Shown here: in pieces, positions 1 to 9,266 of the stretch
Layout of the letters: each line of letters starts with the position of its first letter
Position numbering within the stretch: position 1 is the stretch's first letter
Assembly: GCA_009840305.1 (NCBI GenBank)
Contig: VXNY01000022.1
Location: 14,042-78,041 of the forward strand
Length of the DNA: 64,000 nucleotides
From: Gammaproteobacteria bacterium
GTDB taxonomy: Bacteria; Pseudomonadota; Gammaproteobacteria; Pseudomonadales; Azotimanducaceae
Direction of reading: 5' to 3'
Made by a program: the position numbers and the translations under genes
The notes under the pieces: model-generated
Told to the model about the DNA's origin: nothing
Database searches by the model: none
The model's input: the letters and a program-made list of their open reading frames with translations, nothing else

Positions 1-216
1 TACTTTGTCGATGAGACCCGATTCTGTGTGGTGCTTCACATTCCAATCATCCATCGCGGCTAACGCCTCTTCGGACTGATGAATAACCAGGGAGACTCCT
101 TCGCCTATGAAATTGAGATCGTCGTCGGTGATTACCGCAGCAATTTCCAATATCACATCAGACTGCGGATTCAGCCCAGTCATTTCGAGGTCAATCCAAA
201 TTAGAGGTGATTGCAT
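1..216 (-). CDS. orn: oligoribonuclease, first 72 codons only (gene runs off the left edge of the window)
   Basis: Reverse-strand translation from ATG at 216..214 reads [72 protein letters not shown] and stays open to position 1. WIDLEMTGL (DEDDh exonuclease motif I) and the MDDWN..H segment match Orn. It is absent from the ORF track because there is no stop codon in the window. Confidence 0.85.
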   Translation of the reverse strand, partial: MQSPLIWIDLEMTGLNPQSDVILEIAAVITDDDLNFIGEGVSLVIHQSEEALAAMDDWNVKHHTESGLIDKV

Positions 217-378
217 AGTATTTCTTGACGAATTGAACAGTGAGGTTGGCCTGGCATTCAATCTTCCTTTTTAATCAATGAGTATTGCACGGCGACCGCT
301 TCGCTAGATTGTAGAAGTTCTGTTAAATTCAACCAATGCTACTTAGGCATTAAGCTGGGTTCGTCGAACTATCACTTC

Positions 379-392
379 AGTGAATATTCACT
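379..392. promoter_or_regulatory. perfect 14-bp palindrome AGTGAATATTCACT, candidate operator upstream of the DUF5131 gene
   Basis: Read directly (cttcAGTGAATATTCACTcagc). It lies in the orn/DUF5131 divergent intergenic region, about 55 bp upstream of the TTG start at 446. No binding factor can be assigned. Confidence 0.3.
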
Positions 393-445
393 CAGCTAGA
401 ATTTTTGAGCGAGAATGGAAGTTGGAATCTTAAAGGAAAACTCTC

Positions 446-1162
446 TTGTCAGCTAGTTCAAAGATTGAATGGACGGATACTACATGGAATCCAGTAACTG
501 GGTGCACGAAAGTCAGTCATGGTTGTAAGAACTGCTACGCGGAGAGAATGTCGGAGCGACTTAAGGCTATGGGAGCCGAAAAGTACTCAAACGGGTTTGA
601 AGTCACCCTGCATGCATCGGTTGTAACAGATCCGTTAAAGTGGAAGCAGCCACGTCGTATCTTCGTAAACTCTATGTCGGATCTGTTTCACGAAGATGTA
701 CCTATTTCTTTTATTCAGTCCATATTTCATACGATGAATCTCGCCGGGCAACACGTCTTTCAAGTTCTTACCAAGCGTCCTGTTCGTGTTGTAGAGTTAA
801 ACGACACTCTCAATTGGACTAAGAACATTTGGCTAGGTACAAGTATCGAATCACGGCGATGGATTGACCGACTTGATCTTTTGAAGAAAACGAGCGCAAA
901 GGTTAAGTTTCTGTCCTTAGAACCTTTGCTCGGTCCGTTACCCTCGCTTCAATTGGATGAGATTGATTGGGTCATCGTTGGTGGAGAATCTGGACCTGGC
1001 GCACGTCCGATGCGAAGCTCTTGGGTGCGAGAAATTCGCGATCAATGTGTTAAGTGTAACGTATCCTTTTTCTTCAAGCAATGGGGTGGTGTATTCAAAA
1101 CGCGACATGGCCGAACCTTAGACGATCGAACTTGGGACGAAATACCAGACATGTCGGCCTAG
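446..1162 (+). CDS. phage Gp37/Gp68-family (DUF5131) protein
   Basis: 238-aa ORF. The N-terminus SKIEWTDTTWNPVTGCTKVSHGCKNCYAE is the characteristic start of the DUF5131 family with a C-x6-C-x2-C cysteine triad. The start codon is TTG. Confidence 0.8.
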   Translation: MSASSKIEWTDTTWNPVTGCTKVSHGCKNCYAERMSERLKAMGAEKYSNGFEVTLHASVVTDPLKWKQPRRIFVNSMSDLFHEDVPISFIQSIFHTMNLAGQHVFQVLTKRPVRVVELNDTLNWTKNIWLGTSIESRRWIDRLDLLKKTSAKVKFLSLEPLLGPLPSLQLDEIDWVIVGGESGPGARPMRSSWVREIRDQCVKCNVSFFFKQWGGVFKTRHGRTLDDRTWDEIPDMSA

Positions 1163-1163
1163 C

Positions 1164-2093
1164 TTAGATTTGACTCTGGGTGAAGGGAAGAACCTGTTGA
1201 ATGTCATTCGCACCTAGGGACAGCGCGACCAGTCGGTCCAAACCGACGGCGACACCGGAGCATCGTGGTAGACCCCATTCCATAGCGGCTAGCAATCTTT
1301 TGTCTCTCTCGATGTGAATTCGTTCTAGCTCTCTTCGCAACCTCTGATCATGCTCCATACGATTTTTAAGTTCAATTGGATCGCGTAGTTCGTTGTAGCC
1401 ATTCGCGATCTCCAAACCTTCAACGATCATTTCAAATCTATCCGCAACTAGATGTCCATCGATCTCTCGCACTTCAGCTAACGCGCATGACTCAGATGGA
1501 AAATCGACAACGAAGTATCTAGACTCTCTTCTGTTTTCGATTGCTGCGGAGTAAAGAAAGTCGAGCACATCCGCGCGCCGAAAATCTGCACTGAAACCGT
1601 TTGCACGAGCAACCTTGTGCAGCTCTTGGTCAGTTTCTTCATAACAATCTACCTGAAATTCATTAAACAGGAAGTCGCGTAAAGAGTATTCACTGACATC
1701 ACTTGGACCCAAAACTAACTCGATCAATTCCTTGACCTCTTGTCGCAATTCTGACGGGCTGAATCCGAGGCGATACCACTCGAGCATCGTGAACTCAGGA
1801 TTGTGCCATCGACCAACTTCGCCTTCGCGAAAAACAGGTCCAAGTTGGTAGCACGAGGGCATTCCAGCAGCTAGCAACCGTTTTAGGAAATACTCCGCGG
1901 AAGTCTGTAAGAAATTGCCGTTCGCTAACCGCACTGACTCAATGTTGATGTCTGTAACGGTGTGCGAACCGACGACTGGAGTTTGTACTTCACAGATTCC
2001 GCGCTGGCGAAAAAACTCTCGGACCTTCCAAAGAATCTCAGAGCGTTGTTGTAGATTCTCGATCGGGGCTGATGGCTGCCACCGAGCCGTCAT
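1164..2093 (-). CDS. epmA: EF-P--(R)-beta-lysine ligase (truncated class II LysRS paralogue)
   Basis: 309 aa. [41 protein letters not shown] parallels the EpmA/GenX N-terminus and the class II aaRS core follows. Its ATG overlaps the efp stop (ATGA at 2090..2093). Confidence 0.9.
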   Translation of the reverse strand: MTARWQPSAPIENLQQRSEILWKVREFFRQRGICEVQTPVVGSHTVTDINIESVRLANGNFLQTSAEYFLKRLLAAGMPSCYQLGPVFREGEVGRWHNPEFTMLEWYRLGFSPSELRQEVKELIELVLGPSDVSEYSLRDFLFNEFQVDCYEETDQELHKVARANGFSADFRRADVLDFLYSAAIENRRESRYFVVDFPSESCALAEVREIDGHLVADRFEMIVEGLEIANGYNELRDPIELKNRMEHDQRLRRELERIHIERDKRLLAAMEWGLPRCSGVAVGLDRLVALSLGANDIQQVLPFTQSQI

Positions 2094-2665
2094 GTCTCCT
2101 TACTACGACCCACGTATTGTCCTGTCCGAGTATCGACTTTGAGTACGTCTCCCTCTTCGATAAAGAGCGGTACGCGAACCGTTGCACCAGTAGTCAGTAC
2201 CGCTGGTTTGCTACCACCCTGTGCAGTATCTCCTCGCACGCCAGCGTCGGTTTCTTTGACTGCTAAATTCACAAAATTTGGTGGCGATACCGAAATGGGA
2301 GCATTGTTCCATAAAGTTACATGGCACCGGTCTTGTTCCGTGATCCACTGTTTTGCGTCTCCGACAATTTTTTCATCTGCCGCAAACTGCTCGAAAGACT
2401 CATCTGTGCGCATGAAGTGCCATTGATATCCATCGTTGTAGAGATATTCCATCTCATATTCGGAGACATCCGCGGCTTCCATCGTCTCGCCGCTTCGCAA
2501 CGTGCGTTCCCAAACTCGACCGGTGACTAGATTCTTGAATTTAGCTCGCGTAAACGCTTGTCCTTTCCCAGGTTTTACGAACTCAGCTTCAAGCAATACA
2601 CAAGGTTCTCCCTCCAACAACACCTTCAATCCTGGTCGAAATTCGTTTGTAGAATAGGTTGCCAT
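2090..2665 (-). CDS. efp: translation elongation factor P
   Basis: [50 protein letters not shown]... carries the conserved KPGKGQA loop with the modifiable Lys. The ORF-track start at 2740 is a 25-codon upstream extension. The ATG at 2665..2663 gives the canonical N-terminus. Confidence 0.95.
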   Translation of the reverse strand: MATYSTNEFRPGLKVLLEGEPCVLLEAEFVKPGKGQAFTRAKFKNLVTGRVWERTLRSGETMEAADVSEYEMEYLYNDGYQWHFMRTDESFEQFAADEKIVGDAKQWITEQDRCHVTLWNNAPISVSPPNFVNLAVKETDAGVRGDTAQGGSKPAVLTTGATVRVPLFIEEGDVLKVDTRTGQYVGRSKET

Positions 2666-2695
2666 GACGCTCCTTACGCGACTTCTCGCCAAAGA

Positions 2696-3691
2696 ATGAT
2701 ACACGCACTCAACCCTGAAGCTGATGAAGGGGGTTGGCAAGCAATACTCCGCTCCTCGGTTCGTTCTGTTAAAGAATTACAGCACTTGCTTGAGCTTCAA
2801 GATAATCAAGTTGATTGGGTCGACGATTCTGAATTTCCCTTGCACATTCCGCGAACATTCATCGAACGAATGGAAAAGAGAAATCCGCGTGATCCGTTGT
2901 TGCTTCAAGTCGCGCCTTCTTGTAAAGAATTAAATTTCTCCGAGGGGTACACACCCGATCCATTGAACGAGTACGAATTTACTTTGAATGGAGGAGTGGT
3001 TAAGAAGTACGCCAACCGTGCGCTCGTGATCACTACACAAGCATGTCCGGTGCACTGTCGTTATTGTTTCCGACGGCACTTCGACTACAGTACCAATCAA
3101 CTCACCGATTTACAGAGAACGTTGGAAACACTGAAGAACGATCCCTCTATCGCGGAAGTCATATTGTCGGGAGGCGATCCTCTGACGTTATCGAATACGA
3201 AATTGGATACTTTGATTCAACAACTACAACGTTTAGAACACGTTCAGATCTTGAGAATTCATACACGGTTTCCCATCATGATTCCGCAAAGAATCACCCC
3301 TGCACTGGTAGAGATTCTGTCCAAAACCAGACTCAAGGTGGTGATCGTGGTACACATCAATCACCCAAACGAAATTGACGATTCTGTCCAGCAAGCCATC
3401 GAAAGATTTCGAAATGCGCAAATCGATGTGTTCAATCAGAGTGTCCTACTGAAGGGAGTTAACGACTCGGTTCAGACCCTCTCAAAACTGATGCATCGTG
3501 TTTTTGAGATTGGTGTCGTCCCCTACTATCTGCACCTATTCGATCCCGTTGCCGGTGCACATCATTACGACTTACCTGAGACGACTGCACTAGCTCTGTG
3601 GAAAGAACTCCAACCTGAGCTCCCTGGATATTTGGTTCCTCGTCTAGTTCGCGAGGTACCTCACCAACCTGCAAAAAAGATTCAGATTTAG
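2696..3691 (+). CDS. epmB: EF-P beta-lysylation protein, lysine 2,3-aminomutase family (radical SAM)
   Basis: Radical-SAM [11 protein letters not shown] (CxxxCxxC) and overall YjeK/KamA-like sequence. I chose the ATG at 2696 ([14 protein letters not shown]) because the track start at 2558 would overlap efp by more than 100 nt. Confidence 0.88.
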   Translation: MIHALNPEADEGGWQAILRSSVRSVKELQHLLELQDNQVDWVDDSEFPLHIPRTFIERMEKRNPRDPLLLQVAPSCKELNFSEGYTPDPLNEYEFTLNGGVVKKYANRALVITTQACPVHCRYCFRRHFDYSTNQLTDLQRTLETLKNDPSIAEVILSGGDPLTLSNTKLDTLIQQLQRLEHVQILRIHTRFPIMIPQRITPALVEILSKTRLKVVIVVHINHPNEIDDSVQQAIERFRNAQIDVFNQSVLLKGVNDSVQTLSKLMHRVFEIGVVPYYLHLFDPVAGAHHYDLPETTALALWKELQPELPGYLVPRLVREVPHQPAKKIQI

Positions 3692-5922
3692 ACCAATCTT
3701 ACCGAGGAAACTTTTGCGTACCCGCGTGGGAGCCGCTTGCCTAAGTTGCCTCGCTTGCCAACGTATTCTTCGATTCGTTTCGATGTTAGAGTCATCGTAC
3801 GTTGTCCGGACGTGAGAGCAACTTTCGCTCTCGGTGCTACGCTCACTGCAAATTCCAATGCGTCATCCTCGCTGAATAAATCCTTGCGTGAGATTCCAAT
3901 TAGTCGAACCCCTTTCCCGCGTTGTCGAACTGGAATTTCATGACTTTCGAGCGCTAGTATTCGACCTCCTTTAGTAATCAGTACCACGACGCTGTCCTCT
4001 TGACTTGGGTTGGCTGCAACCAATTCCCTACTCTCGTCAAGCACGACCATAGCTTTTCCGCCTTTCACTTGAGACAATGCCGCACTAACTGGTAATCGAA
4101 AACCCTCCCCATACGAATTCGCCACAAACACTTCCGAAGTATCACTACTCACAAGACCAACAAAACGGGAACCAGCAGGTGATGAGAAAATACTCGTAAG
4201 AGGTTCTCCTTGGCCTCTGGCTGACGGTAGTGCCGTTATCGCCGAGGAATAAGCGCGTCCTGCGGAATCGAAGAAGACGCACGAGTCGTTCATTCGAGCG
4301 AGACACGAGCTAAGATAATCGTCGCCTTCACGGTAGTTCAAACTGATTGGGTCTACGCTACCGTGCCCGCGGGCAACTCGCACCCACCCTTTTTGCGATA
4401 GCACGACTGTCACGGGTTCGTTTGAAACTAAGTCAGCGTCCGCGTAGGATTCGGCGAGACCCACATCCTCAACGATTGAGGTTCTTCGTGAATCTCCAAA
4501 CTTTTCGGAAATTTCCTGCAACTCTTTACGAATTAGGGTGTTCAGCCGCTGGGTCGAGTTTAAAACAAGCTGATGATTCGCAAGTTCGTCTGACAGTTCT
4601 TGTTTTTCGGCGTTTAGTTTTTCTTCTTCCAATCGACTCAATTGACGAACGCGTAAATCTAGTATCGCGGTTGCCTGTACGTCGGACAAAGAAAAAGTTT
4701 GCATGAGAACCGGTTTGGGGTGGTCTTCTTCCCGTACTATACGAATAATCTCGTCAAGATTCAGATACGCAATAAGTAGCCCGGCAATAATCTCAAGACG
4801 ACGCTGAATCTGTTCAACTCGATGTAAGATTCGCCGCCGCACAGTGATTTTTCTGAAGCGGAGCCAGTCCCGAATCAGTCGATTCATCGGGTAGACCTGC
4901 GGTTTACCGTCGAGTCCAATTACGTTTAGGTTCATGCGAAGGCTGCGTTCTAAATCGGTGGTTGCGAAAAGATGACTCATCAGTCGTTCTACATCTACGC
5001 GATTCGATTTTGGAACTATCACAAGCCGGACCGGATTCTCATGATCCGATTCGTCCCGAAGGTCGACGACCATGGGGAGTCTTTTGGCTTGCATTTGTTG
5101 TGCGATCTGCTCCAAAATACGCGAAGGCGAGCTTTGGTAAGGGACTTCGGTGACAACAATATCCCCGTTTTCCCGTTCATAACGTGCTCGACAACGCAAC
5201 GTACCCTGACCACTTTCATAGACTCTTTGGAGTTCTTCGGGACTGGACGTAATTAGTCCGCCGGATGGAAGATCTGGACCAGGCAACTCTGTCATCAACT
5301 CGTTGACCGGAAGTCTTTCGTTGCGTAGCATTGAAACGCAGGCGTTAACGACTTCGCCAAGGTTATGTGGAAGAACGTCCGTCGCCATTCCGACCGCGAT
5401 TCCGGTACTACCATTTAACAATAAGAAAGGTAATTCGGCGGGTAGACATACAGGTTCTTCGAGGGTGCCGTCAAAATTGGGTACGTATTCGACAGTCCCT
5501 TGATTCAGTTCTTCATAGAGCAAACTAGCTTCTCGTGTAAGGCGGGATTCCGTGTAGCGTTGCGCCGCAAATGACTTAGGTTCGTCAGGCGCACCCCAAT
5601 TTCCCTGTCCGTCGACCAGTGGATATCGAAACGAGAACGGTTGTGCCATCAAGACCATCGATTCATAACATGCGTTTTCTCCATGCGGATGGAATTTACC
5701 GATGACATCACCAACGGTGCGTGCGCTTTTTGAGTACTTTGCTTGATAGGTTAGTCCTAGTTGTCGCATCGCATAGACGATGCGTCGTTGAACTGGCTTC
5801 AATCCGTCGCCCAAGAAAGGTAATGCACGGTCGTTTATCACGTACATCGAATAATCGAGATACGCCTTCGAGGTGTACTCGTGTAAATCGATATCGTCTA
5901 GTTCGTGTTCAAAAATGCTCAA
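3688..5922 (-). CDS. parC: DNA topoisomerase IV subunit A
   Basis: 744 aa. [19 protein letters not shown] and the active-site segment [11 protein letters not shown] are typical of GyrA/ParC. It lies directly downstream of parE in the DUF1249-cpdA-parE-parC arrangement known from enterobacteria. Confidence 0.93.
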   Translation of the reverse strand: MSIFEHELDDIDLHEYTSKAYLDYSMYVINDRALPFLGDGLKPVQRRIVYAMRQLGLTYQAKYSKSARTVGDVIGKFHPHGENACYESMVLMAQPFSFRYPLVDGQGNWGAPDEPKSFAAQRYTESRLTREASLLYEELNQGTVEYVPNFDGTLEEPVCLPAELPFLLLNGSTGIAVGMATDVLPHNLGEVVNACVSMLRNERLPVNELMTELPGPDLPSGGLITSSPEELQRVYESGQGTLRCRARYERENGDIVVTEVPYQSSPSRILEQIAQQMQAKRLPMVVDLRDESDHENPVRLVIVPKSNRVDVERLMSHLFATTDLERSLRMNLNVIGLDGKPQVYPMNRLIRDWLRFRKITVRRRILHRVEQIQRRLEIIAGLLIAYLNLDEIIRIVREEDHPKPVLMQTFSLSDVQATAILDLRVRQLSRLEEEKLNAEKQELSDELANHQLVLNSTQRLNTLIRKELQEISEKFGDSRRTSIVEDVGLAESYADADLVSNEPVTVVLSQKGWVRVARGHGSVDPISLNYREGDDYLSSCLARMNDSCVFFDSAGRAYSSAITALPSARGQGEPLTSIFSSPAGSRFVGLVSSDTSEVFVANSYGEGFRLPVSAALSQVKGGKAMVVLDESRELVAANPSQEDSVVVLITKGGRILALESHEIPVRQRGKGVRLIGISRKDLFSEDDALEFAVSVAPRAKVALTSGQRTMTLTSKRIEEYVGKRGNLGKRLPRGYAKVSSVRLV

Positions 5923-5946
5923 ATTGGGATCCTGAACTGAGTACTG

Positions 5947-7875
5947 TCACTGAATCGGAACGACCGCAACGTCAGAAATATAGCGTTGGATGTCTGCTTC
6001 ATCGCCGTAAGACTCCAGCCAACTGCGACGGTCTTTTGCACGTTTCTTTGCTAGCATCATGTCCATTACGTCGTGAGTCTTGCCGGGTTCGTTCATCGTC
6101 AAGCGCACCAACTTTCGCGTATCTGGAGCCATGGTGGTTTCCCGTAATTGCAACGCGTTCATTTCACCAAGACCCTTGAATCTTTGTACCACCGGTTGCG
6201 AACGGGATTTTTCAGTCTTAAGGCGGTCCAAGATACCTTGCTTTTCCGACTCGTCGATTGCATAGAAGACTTCTTTCCCAACATCAATCCGATAGAGAGG
6301 TGGCATTGCTATGTAGATATGACCAGCACGCACGAGCTCTGGAAAGTGGCGCAAGAACAGCGCACACAGCAGCGTAGCAATATGAGCACCGTCTGAATCG
6401 GCGTCAGCGAGAATACATACTCGGTGATACCGCAATTTCGATAGATCATTCGAACCTGGTTCGACAGCGAGTGCCTGCGTAATGTCGAGTACCGTCTGTG
6501 ATCCCAGGATCGTCGCAACGTCGACTTCCCAAGTATTCAGAATCTTACCGCGGAGTGGTAGAACTGCTTGAAACTCTCTATCCCTCGCTTGCTTCGCCGA
6601 GCCTCCAGCTGAATCTCCCTCGACGAGAAACAATTCGCTGTGTGGTGCATCCTGCGAGGTACAGTCGGCGAGCTTGCCCGGTAAAGCCGGTCCCGAAGTG
6701 TAAGTCTTGCGTTTGATCTTCTTGGCGGCTTGAATCCTTTTCTGAGCGTTGGTAATACCGAATTCGGCTATTTGCTCTCCTTCGGAGGGGTGTTCGTGCA
6801 ACCACAGGCTAAACGCATCTTTAAGTACACCACCGATGAAGGCGGTAGCCTCTCGAGAGGCAAGTCTTTCCTTCGTCTGCCCGCTGAATTGCGGTTCTTT
6901 GAGCATCGCGGACAACACGTACGAACACTGGCTCATGACATCTTCAGCAGTGAGTTTGATCCCGCGAGGAAGTAAATCCCTAAATCCGCAAAACTCGCGC
7001 ATCGCATCGGTGATGCCGGTGCGTAACGCATTTACATGAGTACCTCCGAGCGGCGTTGGGATTAAGTTCACGTAGCTTTCCGCGAGCTGGTCGCTACGTT
7101 CTTTAGACCATCCCATAGCAACATCAACAGATTCATGCTCGCCAATCGCTTTGTGAGCAAACGGATGTTGGGGTATCAAATTTCCATTTGTATTCTCTTG
7201 GATGTATCCCACTAAACCCTTCTCATAACGCCAAATATCGGTGCACTCTTGATTGCCCTCCCAGCGTTTTAGCGACACCGTAAGACCTTGACACAAGATT
7301 GCTTTCGCGCGGAGTCCGTGGAGCACACGCGGCATTGACAAAGACGCACTATCAAAGTAGCTCGCGTTGGGTTTGAAAGTGACGACCGTACCAGTATCTC
7401 GTTTCGCGACGTTTCCAATCACCGTCAACGGACTCTTTGTTTCCCCGTGTTCAAATCGTTGACGATAGTGCAAGCCATTCTGACGCACCTCCACTTCCAT
7501 CCATTCTGACAAAGCATTGACGACTGAGACCCCCACCCCATGCAGACCTCCTGCAAAGCGATAGGCTTCATTGTCAAACTTCGCTCCAGCGTGTAAGGTT
7601 GTCATGATTAGTTCAACCCCAGACATCTTGTGCACTGGATGTTCGTCAACTGGCATACCCCGACCGTTATCACTGACTTGAATTCTCCCGTCGGGTAATA
7701 GTTCGACCTCAACGCGAGTCGCGAACCCTGCTAGTACTTCGTCTACGCAATTGTCGACCACTTCTTGGAGTAGATGATTCGGGCGGCTGGTGTCGGTATA
7801 CATCGCCGGTCGTCGCCGTACTGGATCCAGTCCTTCAAGAACGGTTATTGACGCGGCGGAGTAGTCCTTTTTCAT
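5947..7875 (-). CDS. parE: DNA topoisomerase IV subunit B
   Basis: GHKL ATPase N-terminus (LEGLDPVRRRPAMYTDT), Toprim EGDSAGGSAKQ and PLRGKILN. The start is taken at ATG 7875 (MKKDYSAASITVLEGL), which abuts the cpdA stop. The track start at 7938 is an extension into cpdA. Confidence 0.93.
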   Translation of the reverse strand: MKKDYSAASITVLEGLDPVRRRPAMYTDTSRPNHLLQEVVDNCVDEVLAGFATRVEVELLPDGRIQVSDNGRGMPVDEHPVHKMSGVELIMTTLHAGAKFDNEAYRFAGGLHGVGVSVVNALSEWMEVEVRQNGLHYRQRFEHGETKSPLTVIGNVAKRDTGTVVTFKPNASYFDSASLSMPRVLHGLRAKAILCQGLTVSLKRWEGNQECTDIWRYEKGLVGYIQENTNGNLIPQHPFAHKAIGEHESVDVAMGWSKERSDQLAESYVNLIPTPLGGTHVNALRTGITDAMREFCGFRDLLPRGIKLTAEDVMSQCSYVLSAMLKEPQFSGQTKERLASREATAFIGGVLKDAFSLWLHEHPSEGEQIAEFGITNAQKRIQAAKKIKRKTYTSGPALPGKLADCTSQDAPHSELFLVEGDSAGGSAKQARDREFQAVLPLRGKILNTWEVDVATILGSQTVLDITQALAVEPGSNDLSKLRYHRVCILADADSDGAHIATLLCALFLRHFPELVRAGHIYIAMPPLYRIDVGKEVFYAIDESEKQGILDRLKTEKSRSQPVVQRFKGLGEMNALQLRETTMAPDTRKLVRLTMNEPGKTHDVMDMMLAKKRAKDRRSWLESYGDEADIQRYISDVAVVPIQ

Positions 7876-7876
7876 G

Positions 7877-8680
7877 TTATGAAATTCCCGCAACTTGACT
7901 CTCTGATAGTCGTTCGACCCGAGTATCGATTGTACCATCCGAATGTAGCTCTAACCACCGCCAACCGGGTGTTAACGGAGAGAGCGCAAACGTGTCGATG
8001 TCGCTAGCAAATTGCCAACACGTGGAAGGTGTCGTCCAAAGCTTGAGCCGACCGTGTTGTTTGAATGACTCGAGATGAACGTGACCGCAAATATATGCTT
8101 GAACGTTTTGATGCATCTGCAGTATTGAGAGGACGTCAGTAGCATTCTCCACTTGATGTGCGTCGAGCCAGGCTACACCAATGTCAACAAGAGGGTGATG
8201 ACCAACGACCATGACGTTTTCGTGAGAGTGTTCTAAGCATTCCTGTAACCACAGAATAGCGTCGTACGAAACCTCTCCCGAGACCCGACTCTCAACATGC
8301 GTGTCGAGAGGAACGATGGTCCAATTACTGAATTCAATGGGTTTTAGCTCAAAGACCGGTTGCATGGAGTCCCAAATGTCGTGATTACCTGGAATGACCA
8401 TAAACGGTCCCTCGTGAAAGGATCGAACCATGTCACAAAACACTCTGTACGTCCCGGGCACTGGATCATGGGCGATGTCACCGGAGGCAACAACAATGTC
8501 AGGTGTTTTTGCGGCACAGGCCGCACTCAGGACTGCACCTAAAGATGCGAACGGATTTACGTCGTTCTTTACGACAGTAGTGTCTTCAAATAAATGACAG
8601 TCCGTGATGTGAAGGACAGTACACTCAGTTTCAATCACGGTTGTAAATACTTCCTTGTTGCTAGTTGGCGTCCCTTCCAA
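7877..8680 (-). CDS. cpdA: 3',5'-cyclic-nucleotide phosphodiesterase (class III metallophosphoesterase)
   Basis: Motif series HITDCH ... SGDIAHD ... GNHD ... GHHP ... GHVH. Synteny with DUF1249 and parE matches the E. coli yqiB-cpdA-(yqiA)-parE cluster. The start codon is TTG. Confidence 0.8.
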   Translation of the reverse strand: MEGTPTSNKEVFTTVIETECTVLHITDCHLFEDTTVVKNDVNPFASLGAVLSAACAAKTPDIVVASGDIAHDPVPGTYRVFCDMVRSFHEGPFMVIPGNHDIWDSMQPVFELKPIEFSNWTIVPLDTHVESRVSGEVSYDAILWLQECLEHSHENVMVVGHHPLVDIGVAWLDAHQVENATDVLSILQMHQNVQAYICGHVHLESFKQHGRLKLWTTPSTCWQFASDIDTFALSPLTPGWRWLELHSDGTIDTRVERLSESQVAGIS

Positions 8681-8689
8681 ATTACCGTG

Positions 8690-9139
8690 TTAGCAGGTTA
8701 GGGTCGAGGATTGCTGCGCAAACTTGCGACCCTTAGAAACACACAGTTTCAATATTTCACCCAAGAATCTAGTGTTTTGGGTTTTCTCATCTGGAGATCG
8801 CATGCGCGTATTCGGGTAAGAGTACCGCGCATCGTATTCGCGCTCACCCTGAAAGCTCATTAGGTCAGTACATTGCAAGTCGTGAAACACGCGAACAGTA
8901 AATTCAAGATCGCCGATGCGGCTTGGCATTTTACGGGTAATCTTGACTGTTGAAGTGTAGCGCGTATCGTCGATTACTTCAAAAGTCGTTTCTTCATTTA
9001 CAGCACCGAGGGACACGACAGTTGACCTAAACGCCGACGTGCCGCGACTAAGTAGCTGAAACAAGTAAACATAGTTCAAGTCACACTGGTTGAGGTATTC
9101 CAGCAAATCAAAACGATATCTTTGACCGAGAGGGCGCAT
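8690..9139 (-). CDS. DUF1249 (YqiB-like) protein
   Basis: MRPLGQRYRFDLLEYLNQCDLNYVYLFQLL... resembles the YqiB family and the gene sits upstream of cpdA. The ORF track extends to 9205, but the internal ATG at 9139 gives the family-typical length. The start is uncertain. Confidence 0.65.
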   Translation of the reverse strand: MRPLGQRYRFDLLEYLNQCDLNYVYLFQLLSRGTSAFRSTVVSLGAVNEETTFEVIDDTRYTSTVKITRKMPSRIGDLEFTVRVFHDLQCTDLMSFQGEREYDARYSYPNTRMRSPDEKTQNTRFLGEILKLCVSKGRKFAQQSSTLTC

Positions 9140-9213
9140 GTCGTAAATGTTACTACATTCTGTATTAAGTGGAAAAATTGCACTGAAATAGAACATCGTC
9201 GTCAACTAACTAT

Positions 9214-9229
9214 TATATACATGTATATA
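9214..9229. promoter_or_regulatory. perfect 16-bp AT-rich palindrome TATATACATGTATATA upstream of the DUF1249-cpdA-parE-parC unit
   Basis: Read directly in the 61-bp gap between the MATE stop (9267) and the longest DUF1249 start (9205). It could be a -10 region, an operator, or both. Confidence 0.25.
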
Positions 9230-9266
9230 GTATTATTATTAGTTCCGAACTATGAGATTACACAAA

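Noticed and set aside
2558-2740. Long N-terminal extensions of efp (to 2740) and epmB (from 2558) that would make the two divergent genes overlap by about 180 nt
   Set aside because: The internal ATGs at 2665 and 2696 give the canonical family N-termini (MATYSTNEF... and a typical-length EpmB). The extensions have no family counterpart.
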